From the NCBI GenBank assembly GCA_038109055.1, contig JAYNIM010000001.1, positions 89,527-153,526 of the forward strand: a stretch of 64,000 nucleotides of DNA, written 5' to 3'. Every line of letters begins with the position of its first letter. Within the stretch, counting starts at the first letter, position 1. Origin of the DNA: a bacterium. Its GTDB lineage: Bacteria; Margulisbacteria; Marinamargulisbacteria; GCA-2716485; JAYNIM01. A program made the translations under genes and the position numbers. This document shows, in pieces, positions 56,246-64,000 of the stretch. The notes below the pieces were generated by a model, which was not told the origin of the DNA, ran no database searches, and worked only from the letters and a program-made list of their open reading frames with translations.

Positions 56246-58093
56246 CTATTTTTTTGTTTTTTGTTGTTTCTTGCTATCTAAATAGACCAATAAAATCATA
56301 ATGTCTGCTGGGTTAATGCCTGCGATACGTTTGGCTTCGTAGATGGTTTTAGGTTGTTCACTTTTTAATTTTTCACGACTTTCGTTACGTAAGCCTAAAA
56401 TGCTGTCATAATTGATGGAGCTGGGGATTTCTTTTTTTTCTTGTTTGTTTATTTTTTCGATATCTTGGGCTTGTTTTTTAATGTAGCCCTCGTATTTGGC
56501 CATGACAAGCGCTTGATGTTGTCGTTCTTTTTCTGATTCGGTACATGTATCAGGCAAGTCAAGATGTTTGAGGGTGAAATCAGGGCGTTTGACCAAGTGT
56601 GCAAGACGGCATTGATGATCTAAATTGAATGTTGAGAGATGTTGGGGGGTACAGGGTGTTTTTTGCCATGATTTAAGAATCTGATGTATTCGTGTTTCAT
56701 TGTTTTGAATTAGCGTGATTTGTGTCTTTGTTAAAAGATCATAGTCATGTGCTTTTTTACTTAAGCGATACCAGGGATTATCTTGGCGTAATAATAAACG
56801 GTACTCTGAACGGGACGAAAGCATGCGATAGGGTTCGTAAATGGGCTTGGTTATCAAATCATCAATCAATGTACCAATATAGGAATCTTGACGAGTTAAA
56901 ATAAAAGGCTTTCGTTTTTGGCAGTTAGCGGCAGCGTTAATTCCTGCTATAACCCCCTGCCCTGCGGCTTCTTCATAGCCTGAGGTGCCATTGATTTGAC
57001 CTGCTGAAAAGAGGTTTTTAATCTGTTTACATTCTAAGGTGGCCTTGAGTTGATTGGGATAAATAAAATCATATTCAACTGCATAGCCATAGCGAATGAC
57101 TTTTACGTCTTCTAGGCCTACCATGCTTTTTAAAAGGGCTAATTGAATATCGGCTGGAAGTGACGTATTTAGTCCTTGTGGATAAATTTCATTTGTATGT
57201 AGACTTTCGGGTTCGATGAAAATATGGTGTTGATCTTTGTCTTTAAAGCGAACAATTTTATCTTCAATAGAGGGACAATAACGTGGGCCTACCCCTTTGA
57301 TTACTTTCTGGTATAAAGGAGATCGATCTAGGTTGTTTAAAATTAGATTATGGGAGTCTTTGTTGGTATAGCTTAGATAGCATGGGACTTGGTTTTGGTA
57401 GCGGGTGTTATAGGTGGTTTCAAAAGAAAAATGTAGCCATTGATCATCGCCGGGTTCGATACGTAGTTTCTTGTAGTTAATACTATCTTTGTCTAAACGT
57501 GGTGGGGTGCCGGTTTTAAGTCGGCCGAGTTTGAGGTGTTTTTTGAGGCTATCAGATAGGGAGCTTGCGGGGGGTTCTCCGACTCTTCCCCCTTTTTTTT
57601 GTTCGTTTCCGGTATGCATCAATCCTTTTAAAAAGGTGCCAGAGGTGATGATTACGGCTTTGGCTTTGTAGGTTTTCTGACTAGCTTTGACGCCTTGAAT
57701 GTGATTGTTTTCAATGAGTAATTCATCCACGCTGGCCTCTATAACTGTGATGTTGATGTTGTTTTGAATGATGCGTTGCATGTAGCGTTGATACTCGATT
57801 TTGTCGTTTTGAGATCGTAGACACTGTACGGCTGGTCCTCGTGATCGGTTCAAGACTTTCATTTGCAGCATGGTGGCATCTGCAGCTTTGCCCATTTCTC
57901 CCCCTAATGCATCAATTTCACCTACGATTTGACCTTTTGCAGGGCCTCCTATAGACGGATTACAGGGCATGAGACCAATATTTTCTTTATTAATAGTAAA
58001 CATGATGACCTTGCAGCCCATTCGGCTAGCAGCAAGGGCCGCTTCTATGCCGGCGTGGCCGGTGCCAATGACAATGATGTCTGTTTTATTCAT
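56246..58093 (-). CDS. mnmG: tRNA uridine-5-carboxymethylaminomethyl modification enzyme MnmG (GidA)
   Basis: DIIVIGTGHAGIEAALAASRMG, MPCNPSIGGPAKGQIVGEIDALGG, GPRYCPSIEDK, AGQINGTSGYEEAAGQG. 615 aa. Confidence 0.96.
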   Translation of the reverse strand: MNKTDIIVIGTGHAGIEAALAASRMGCKVIMFTINKENIGLMPCNPSIGGPAKGQIVGEIDALGGEMGKAADATMLQMKVLNRSRGPAVQCLRSQNDKIEYQRYMQRIIQNNINITVIEASVDELLIENNHIQGVKASQKTYKAKAVIITSGTFLKGLMHTGNEQKKGGRVGEPPASSLSDSLKKHLKLGRLKTGTPPRLDKDSINYKKLRIEPGDDQWLHFSFETTYNTRYQNQVPCYLSYTNKDSHNLILNNLDRSPLYQKVIKGVGPRYCPSIEDKIVRFKDKDQHHIFIEPESLHTNEIYPQGLNTSLPADIQLALLKSMVGLEDVKVIRYGYAVEYDFIYPNQLKATLECKQIKNLFSAGQINGTSGYEEAAGQGVIAGINAAANCQKRKPFILTRQDSYIGTLIDDLITKPIYEPYRMLSSRSEYRLLLRQDNPWYRLSKKAHDYDLLTKTQITLIQNNETRIHQILKSWQKTPCTPQHLSTFNLDHQCRLAHLVKRPDFTLKHLDLPDTCTESEKERQHQALVMAKYEGYIKKQAQDIEKINKQEKKEIPSSINYDSILGLRNESREKLKSEQPKTIYEAKRIAGINPADIMILLVYLDSKKQQKTKK

Positions 58094-58196
58094 AGGCCAT
58101 AGTTTAACATTTTTTGTTTGATTATATTATGACTAAACTTTATATTTATCATTTAAGTATCTTTATAGATTTTTTGAATGTGTGTATGTTTTTTAT

Positions 58197-59942
58197 TTAA
58201 AACCTAAACTTAAATTCTCTGTATTTGCCTTTCTTTATTTTTGAGTAGCGTTTTCTTTTTTTCTTTTTTTTCTTTTTATCTTTATCTTTATTATCTTCTT
58301 CGTGTTCTATAGGCTTTATTTTGCTGTTATTGAGTTGCATAAAAACGTCGATGACTTTGTAGGTGATGCGCCATATGTCGAGGATATTGCTTACGGTTCG
58401 GGCGGCACTGCCGCTGCTGAGTATGCTTTGTGAAGGAATGGCGTAGTATAGCCCGATACTTATATGATAGTTGTTAAAATTGATACTAGATTTTTCTTTT
58501 GTTTCTAAAAGTTCAAACAAGGCCTTCGAGGTTAATTGTTTGGAAAATTGGGAGTAAATGTACCAGTTTTCATTGATAGCTTTGCGGTAATTGAGGCCGA
58601 ATGTGAGTAAAAAAGCGCTGTTTTTCTCGAGCCAGCCAAACTGCCAGTTTTGTGTACGTAGCTGTTGACCATAGGCGCGTTCTTGGATGCCTAGGCCTCC
58701 TAAGAGGCCGATGCTGTGCCTCTTGAACCAATAACGTTTTTCTAGCATTAAGGTCCAGTGGGTGAGACGTTTGAGGTGGATGGTATAGTGTGGTGTTTGG
58801 GCGATGTTGATATTGGAGAGGGAAAGATCCGCGTGTATGGATAAGAACCAGTTGGGTTTGTTGAGTATTTTTGCTAAAGGGAATGTGATGCTACTTGAAA
58901 AGCTAGAGATATTTTTGCCTTCTATATTGAGTATTTGGCCATAACTTGCTAAAAAGTCGAGGCCTAAACGTGGATAGCTTTCTGCCCAGCTACCTACAGT
59001 TTGCCAGTCGCCCCATAGTTGTTTGGCTTGGTTGGGGGCTGTTGGTGTCGATTTTACCTTTGTGATTTGGATGAGACCTTGTTTTTGGATTTTTATTCCT
59101 GTGTTGTTTTGTTCGTAGCCTTTGAGTAAAAATTCGTCGCCAATCCTGATTGTTTGTAAGGGAGATGGGGCGAGTTCATAATAATCATTTAAGGCATAGG
59201 TGATGGTTTGACGCTGTTTGAGTTCGGGGATTGTTTTACTTTTGTTTTGGGCTGCGGCAGCGAATTCCTCGTAGATATCTAAGTGTATCCAGCGTGATGC
59301 ATCATGGACGTTGATGGGGATTTTTTTTAAAAAATGTAGGGTGATGCTATTGTCGGGCTGTGTGAGGATTTGAAACCATAATACTCCGCCAGAGAGGCTT
59401 GTTTTTAGGGGTTTTATGTTGTTTTTTATAGGTATTTGTGTGATTTTTGTGATGAAAGGTAGATACATAAAACTGCTATTTTGTAACAACACTAAATCTT
59501 CTTTTGTGAGGGCTTTACTTTTGCCCTTTGTTTCGGCGAAGTTTGTTTTTGAGGTATTTTTTGTAAGGATATCTTTGTTTTTTTGAAGATTTTCTTTGTT
59601 TGTTATAAGTTGCTGAAAGCTGTTTTGGTAATGTGTTTGGATGAGTGTTTGGATATTTGGTGTATTTATTGCTTGAAGAGTATTTAACTTTTTTTGAAAG
59701 GGCTTCGTGATATTTTGGCTGACTGTTTTTGTTTGATAATTGTAGAGGGTTAATTTTTTATTTAGCTTTTGAGTTAATTTTTTCTGGTCATAGGCTGTAT
59801 GAGATTGTGTATGCGTATTGATGATGACCGTGCGGGTATCGATAAGATATTTGGGGATGTTGAAGGGGTTTAGTGAGGCTGGGAGTGAAGGTTTTTCCAA
59901 TCCTAATACGAGTAGTAATGTTAGAGCATATTTTTTTTTCAT
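58197..59942 (-). CDS. hypothetical exported protein, possibly an outer-membrane beta-barrel, with a poly-Lys insert before a C-terminal F-x-F
   Basis: Signal-like N-terminus. The C-terminal half has an alternating aromatic/polar pattern. Ends ...DKDKKKKKKKRKRYSKIKKGKYREFKFRF. No family recognised. Confidence 0.45.
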   Translation of the reverse strand: MKKKYALTLLLVLGLEKPSLPASLNPFNIPKYLIDTRTVIINTHTQSHTAYDQKKLTQKLNKKLTLYNYQTKTVSQNITKPFQKKLNTLQAINTPNIQTLIQTHYQNSFQQLITNKENLQKNKDILTKNTSKTNFAETKGKSKALTKEDLVLLQNSSFMYLPFITKITQIPIKNNIKPLKTSLSGGVLWFQILTQPDNSITLHFLKKIPINVHDASRWIHLDIYEEFAAAAQNKSKTIPELKQRQTITYALNDYYELAPSPLQTIRIGDEFLLKGYEQNNTGIKIQKQGLIQITKVKSTPTAPNQAKQLWGDWQTVGSWAESYPRLGLDFLASYGQILNIEGKNISSFSSSITFPLAKILNKPNWFLSIHADLSLSNINIAQTPHYTIHLKRLTHWTLMLEKRYWFKRHSIGLLGGLGIQERAYGQQLRTQNWQFGWLEKNSAFLLTFGLNYRKAINENWYIYSQFSKQLTSKALFELLETKEKSSINFNNYHISIGLYYAIPSQSILSSGSAARTVSNILDIWRITYKVIDVFMQLNNSKIKPIEHEEDNKDKDKKKKKKKRKRYSKIKKGKYREFKFRF

Positions 59943-60181
59943 TTTGTTTATTATTGGTTTCTTTTATTATTTCTGCAATATCTTTGTTCTTAACTATCTT
60001 CTTAAGATTCTTGTTTTAAGGTATCGCATTGTTAATTTTTATGAGTTAGTGTGGTCGCCATGCTTTTATTTCCCAGTGCTTTATTTTTCGGCTGCCATGT
60101 TGCGCAGGGTTTATCTTCATTCTGTTGTCTTTATTTTGTATGCCAGGACCTAATTTCAGAGGAGTTCTATCAAGGGATAGC

Positions 60182-62998
60182 TTAGTGTGTTGCCATAAAC
60201 AGTTCTAAGGGATGTTTTGGAGTGTGTGCGTGTAATGTGAGTTTGTGTGCACAGGAAAAACCGGTGACTAAGATGTTCGTTTTGACTTGTCTATTCCATC
60301 CTTTTTGAAAAATGTCGTTGCTAGCGTTTTGGTTTTGAGATTGATACCCATAAAGGCCTGCTTGACCGCAGCAGCCTAAAGGAAGGTAGTTTGTTTGAAT
60401 GTTGAGTTGTTTAAATAATGTTAGCCAGTCTTGAATGTCTTTTGGATGGCTTTGTTCCATACAATGGGCGAAGAATTGCCATGTTATGTTTAGGTTTTTG
60501 GGGCTTAGCTTTGGGAGATCTTTGTGGTTGTTGAGTAAAAAACGTTGTAGGCTAATGAGGGGTTTTTTAAGTGCGGCATTTGCGTATCTGTATTCGTCGT
60601 GGAAGCAATAAAATATACTGGGTTCTATACAGAGTATGGCCCCTTTTTGATGGAGTGAATCAAGCATTGTTTTGTTTTTTTGTGCGATTTTTTTGAAGGT
60701 CTGGGGATGACCTAGGATCTCCTGTGTTTTGCCAATTTCAAAATATCTAATCAGCTGAGGATTTTTATTTAATTTTTCACATAAGATAAACAATGTTTCG
60801 ATATATTTAGGGGTGTATAATCGGGTGAAGGGGTCTTGGATAATAAATACCTTTTCTTTGTTCGTGGAGGACTTTTTTTTGGGGATTTTTAGTTGACTTG
60901 TGCTTGGGATTGGCAAGTTTTCAAGTTTGAGAAGGTGTTTGATCCATGTTTTGATTATTGAATTTTTGAGGAGTGTACTTAGAACATATCGAAGTGTGAT
61001 TTGTAAGGGAATACTGCGTTCAAATTGACGGAGTAGTTTATCCCTTAAGGGGCGTTTGAAATACTGATAGTACCAGTTGAGGTAATGACTTTTATATCTT
61101 GGTATATCGATAGCGACTGGGCAGGTTTCACTACAGGCTTTGCAGCTAAGGCAGTTTGTAAGGCTTGCTTTAATGTCCTGTAGGAGTTGTTTGTGCTTAT
61201 AGATGTTTGTTTTGCTTGTATGTTTGATGTTTTGTAGCCAATGTTTAAGTAGCATGGCGCGGCCTTTTGGGCTGTGTAGTTTGTGGCGGCTGTATTTATA
61301 TGAAGGACACATGTTCTGAGTGAGACTACTGCTGTGGCAGAGTCCATTACCATTGCAATGAAAGATATTTTGGAAATGATTATGGTCGTGTTTGCTTAGT
61401 GTGGATGTTTGGTTATATCGTAAAGGGCCTAGGCTATTGAATGTATTGAGGCTATACCCTTCTGGAGCAACAATTTTTCCAGGGTTGAGTTTGTTATGTG
61501 GATCCAGCAGTGTTTTTATTTGTTTAAGTAAGGGATAACAAGGTCCAAATATATCTGGGAGAGCTTCGTGTCTAAAGCCTTTGCCATGTTCAGCCCAGAC
61601 AATACCGTGATATTTTTGTACGATTTTGATGGCTTCTCTTTGTAGATGGTTCAATTTTTGTCTGTCTTCTTCGTTGTTTAGATTGAGCCGGGGTCGCATG
61701 TGAATACAGCCGACGTCAGCGTGTCCATACATGGCAGCAGTGACCTTTTGTTTCTTAAACAAGTCTTTGATGTCATTGATATATTCAACGAGGTGTTTGG
61801 GGTCGACAGCATGATCTTCCATAAAAGGAATGGCTTGTGTATTGTTGATGACCTTGCTGATGGCCCCGACGCTTTCTTTTCGCAGCTGCCAATACTTTTT
61901 TATGTCGTTTTTTTCTGTGATATGTATGCTTCTGATGATCTGTGCCTTGAGACTTTTTGTGAGTGTATGGAGGGGTGTTTTTATGCTTTCTTGATCAATT
62001 TCTATGTAGGTTATGGCTTTTGTTGCTTCTTTTTTGGTGTTGCTTAGTTGGGAGATTAAGGGATTTTCTTGGCTGTGTTCTAATACCTGTTCATCGATGA
62101 TTTCAATGGCAATGGGCCGTTGTTTTTTGAGAGTAGTTATACAGTTTAAGGCGGCGTCAAAGCTTGGATGGCTTAAGATGATTAAGGAGGTGTTTTGAGG
62201 TAGTTTTGTTAGTTTACAGCGTAGTTTTGTCACAATACCTAAAGTGCCTTCTGACCCTGAAAATAAAGGGATTAAAGATAGCGTATTTTTTTCTTTATTT
62301 AGGATATGCTTTAAATTATATCCACTTAAAAACCGTGTTGTATCTTTGAATACCTTCTGGATGATTGCTTGTTTGTTAATCGCGATGTTGTAGAGGCTTT
62401 GATGGAGTGTAGGTTGTGTTTGTAATTGATTTATTGGAATCGATGAGAGGGTATGTTTTTCACCGTTTGCTAACACAATGTCACAGCTTAGAATGTGTTG
62501 GCTTGTTTTGCCGTAGCGTAGACTGCCTTTTCCACTGGCATCTGTGCTGAACATTCCGCCAATGGTTGCACGATCGGCTGGTGAAACGTTGGGGGCAAAG
62601 TGATAGTTATAGGGGCTGAGGTAGTTGTTAAGTTCGGCTAGGGTGACGCCGGGATCTACGTCTACCCACTCTTCCTCTATGTTTAGTTTACCAATATGAT
62701 GCATAAAGCGAGAGAGATCAAGAATGATACTGCTATTAAGGGATTGACCGTTACATCCGGTTGCTCCGCCTTTTGCAGTGATGCTAAGATCATGGAATTT
62801 TTTGTTGTTTAAAAGAGTAAGTGTTTCTTTTATGGCGCTTTCATTTTTTGGATAAATAATGGCCTCTGGCACTACTTCATAGATAGAATTATCTGTGGCG
62901 GAGATGATTTTTTCTGCCTTGCTGCTACTGATTTCAGCGTCGATGTTTTTTGTTTTTAGTGTGTCTAAAAAGAGTGTTACTGTTGGATTATCTGTCAT
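60182..62998 (-). CDS. fused FAD-binding (GlcD/FAD_binding_4) oxidase and Fe-S/CCG-domain oxidoreductase, YdiJ-like
   Basis: N-terminal GGATGCNGQS and FAD-linked oxidase blocks (GHADVGCIHMRP). Central ferredoxin motif CLSCKACSETCP. C-terminal Cys-rich CCG-type motif (PLGCCGQAG). 938 aa. Confidence 0.85.
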   Translation of the reverse strand: MTDNPTVTLFLDTLKTKNIDAEISSSKAEKIISATDNSIYEVVPEAIIYPKNESAIKETLTLLNNKKFHDLSITAKGGATGCNGQSLNSSIILDLSRFMHHIGKLNIEEEWVDVDPGVTLAELNNYLSPYNYHFAPNVSPADRATIGGMFSTDASGKGSLRYGKTSQHILSCDIVLANGEKHTLSSIPINQLQTQPTLHQSLYNIAINKQAIIQKVFKDTTRFLSGYNLKHILNKEKNTLSLIPLFSGSEGTLGIVTKLRCKLTKLPQNTSLIILSHPSFDAALNCITTLKKQRPIAIEIIDEQVLEHSQENPLISQLSNTKKEATKAITYIEIDQESIKTPLHTLTKSLKAQIIRSIHITEKNDIKKYWQLRKESVGAISKVINNTQAIPFMEDHAVDPKHLVEYINDIKDLFKKQKVTAAMYGHADVGCIHMRPRLNLNNEEDRQKLNHLQREAIKIVQKYHGIVWAEHGKGFRHEALPDIFGPCYPLLKQIKTLLDPHNKLNPGKIVAPEGYSLNTFNSLGPLRYNQTSTLSKHDHNHFQNIFHCNGNGLCHSSSLTQNMCPSYKYSRHKLHSPKGRAMLLKHWLQNIKHTSKTNIYKHKQLLQDIKASLTNCLSCKACSETCPVAIDIPRYKSHYLNWYYQYFKRPLRDKLLRQFERSIPLQITLRYVLSTLLKNSIIKTWIKHLLKLENLPIPSTSQLKIPKKKSSTNKEKVFIIQDPFTRLYTPKYIETLFILCEKLNKNPQLIRYFEIGKTQEILGHPQTFKKIAQKNKTMLDSLHQKGAILCIEPSIFYCFHDEYRYANAALKKPLISLQRFLLNNHKDLPKLSPKNLNITWQFFAHCMEQSHPKDIQDWLTLFKQLNIQTNYLPLGCCGQAGLYGYQSQNQNASNDIFQKGWNRQVKTNILVTGFSCAHKLTLHAHTPKHPLELFMATH

Positions 62999-63058
62999 TT
63001 TTGGGTATTTTTGTTCTTATTTATTAGGATATACCCTTTTTTGATAGTTTTTATACAT

Positions 63059-63436
63059 TCATTTATCTGACATCTTATGTTTTTTTTTTAAATAGTCGAT
63101 TAAGCGTAGATTTTTAATAAATAGACGTGTTTTTTGGGAGGTCCTAACGGGGTTTGTGGTGATGAGATGGATGTCTTTGGAATTTGAGACCTGTGTTTTT
63201 ATAGAGTAGCTGTTGTACCTTTTTCCTTCTTTAATTTTAACGATTTGCAGGTCTTTTAGGTAGTGGGTATAGTTGTTTTTGATTACTAAGGTGTTTGAAT
63301 TTATGATGTCTACTGGGATACTGAGTACGATACGTTTATTCAGTAAATAGCTTAGGGTAGCAAATAAGAGACATAAATGTATTATTAGGCTTAGTTTGAT
63401 CAAGTTGTGTTTTTTCTTTTCTTTTTTGTTGGTCAT
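63059..63436 (-). CDS. hypothetical single-pass membrane protein (about 125 aa)
   Basis: TM LIKLSLIIHLCLLFATLSYLL. I prefer the internal ATG at 63436 because it forms an ATGA start/stop overlap with the upstream ABC gene (63433-63436). No domain recognised. Confidence 0.45.
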   Translation of the reverse strand: MTNKKEKKKHNLIKLSLIIHLCLLFATLSYLLNKRIVLSIPVDIINSNTLVIKNNYTHYLKDLQIVKIKEGKRYNSYSIKTQVSNSKDIHLITTNPVRTSQKTRLFIKNLRLIDYLKKKHKMSDK

Positions 63437-64000
63437 GTTTTTTGGGGTTGTTTTGATAGTAGAGTTTGGCAACAGTCGAAGGGGCTATTGTTGTGATTAT
63501 CTGTTTGGAGTGTATAGCTTAATTTTAAGTTCGTATATTGTTTTTTGAACAGGTTTTTTTCTATAGTATGGCAGGCATGATCAAGGTCTTGGCGTGCTTT
63601 TTGTGTGGATGTGTCAATAAAAAGTATCCACCATTGTTCTTGATTCTTATGGCAAAGGATGTGTTTGTTTTCTAAGATCAGGTCTAAAGTTGTACTTAGT
63701 TCGTAATTGAGGTTCTCTTCAATGTTAGTTACATTATGCGTGAGTAAGGCTAGCTCTAAGTTATGCTTGTTTAAGCGAAGGTCATTGTAACGGGTTAGGA
63801 AGTGTTGAAAGGAGCCAAATTGTTGTTCGTAGAGTTTGTGAAAAGGTCCGCGGCGCTGAAGTAATTCTTCGAGACTCCCTTCTTCAACGACGGAACCTTG
63901 ACTTCCGATGACGACTATTTTATCAAGTCCTTGGAGACTAGATAAACGATGTGTCATGATGATCATTGTTTTCTCTTTTTTTAATTCTTGAATAATACGA
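63433..64000 (-). CDS. ABC transporter ATP-binding protein, 5' end outside the window, with a C-terminal extension of about 130 aa and unknown function
   Basis: The frame stays open to base 64000 (hand check: ...RIIQELKKEKTMIIMTHRLSSLQGLDKIVVIGSQGSVVEEGSLEELLQRRGPFHKLYEQQ), which is the H-loop and C-terminal end of an ABC ATPase. About 130 further residues follow before the stop at 63433. Confidence 0.75.
   Translation of the reverse strand, partial: RIIQELKKEKTMIIMTHRLSSLQGLDKIVVIGSQGSVVEEGSLEELLQRRGPFHKLYEQQFGSFQHFLTRYNDLRLNKHNLELALLTHNVTNIEENLNYELSTTLDLILENKHILCHKNQEQWWILFIDTSTQKARQDLDHACHTIEKNLFKKQYTNLKLSYTLQTDNHNNSPFDCCQTLLSKQPQKT

Noticed and set aside
51732-58196. Replication origin near rsmG (gidB) and mnmG (gidA).
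   Set aside because: The strand skew does not invert anywhere in the window. The intergenic spacers here are short (about 100-160 bp). I saw no cluster of TTATCCACA-like boxes, only isolated one-mismatch hits elsewhere (for example tgtggatac near 34310 and tgtggatat near 46940).

Overview
This is a 64-kb, tightly packed chromosomal segment from a diderm (Gram-negative-type) bacterium with low-to-moderate GC; I cannot name the organism. I can support about 58 protein-coding genes and one pseudogene. I found no rRNA, tRNA, CRISPR array, transposase or integrase. Recognisable content: a Kdo/LPS operon (kdsB-kdsD-kdsA-msbA-like); a Wza-like polysaccharide exporter next to a miniature secretin module; yjbQ; glyQ-glyS; an MDR reductase; a ParB-like / spore-photoproduct-lyase-like radical SAM / GT2 triad; M20 peptidase, SDR, flavin oxidoreductase and a YgjP-like metallohydrolase; rarA; pepF; apbC/mrp; a split phosphate locus (porin-pstS on the minus strand, pstCAB-phoU on the plus strand, and a second pstS 10 kb away); nadE-nadB; nagZ; mlaE-mlaF plus a long MlaD-like protein; a TPP-dependent 2-ketoacid decarboxylase; Dabb, nnrE, crcB; rsmG-umuD-umuC; cstA; mnmG; a YdiJ-like FAD/Fe-S oxidase; and an ABC ATPase running off the right edge. 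Main observations: (1) The + strand is extremely G+T-rich across the whole window regardless of gene orientation, so plus- and minus-encoded proteins have visibly different amino-acid compositions. (2) Two large genes break that pattern: 22901-25705 (+) and 44748-46793 (-). Both have purine-rich coding strands, long AT-rich upstream regions and Ala/Gly-rich N-terminal hydrophobic modules. The first combines about 8.5 Sel1 repeats with a C-terminal RNxxxH (HEPN-like) module. They look like acquired, host-interaction or effector-type proteins. (3) Two gene neighbourhoods that I do not recognise as described systems: ParB-like + SPL-like radical SAM + glycosyltransferase, and OPX exporter + mini-secretin. 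All functional calls come from reading motifs in the supplied translations; no database search was run.
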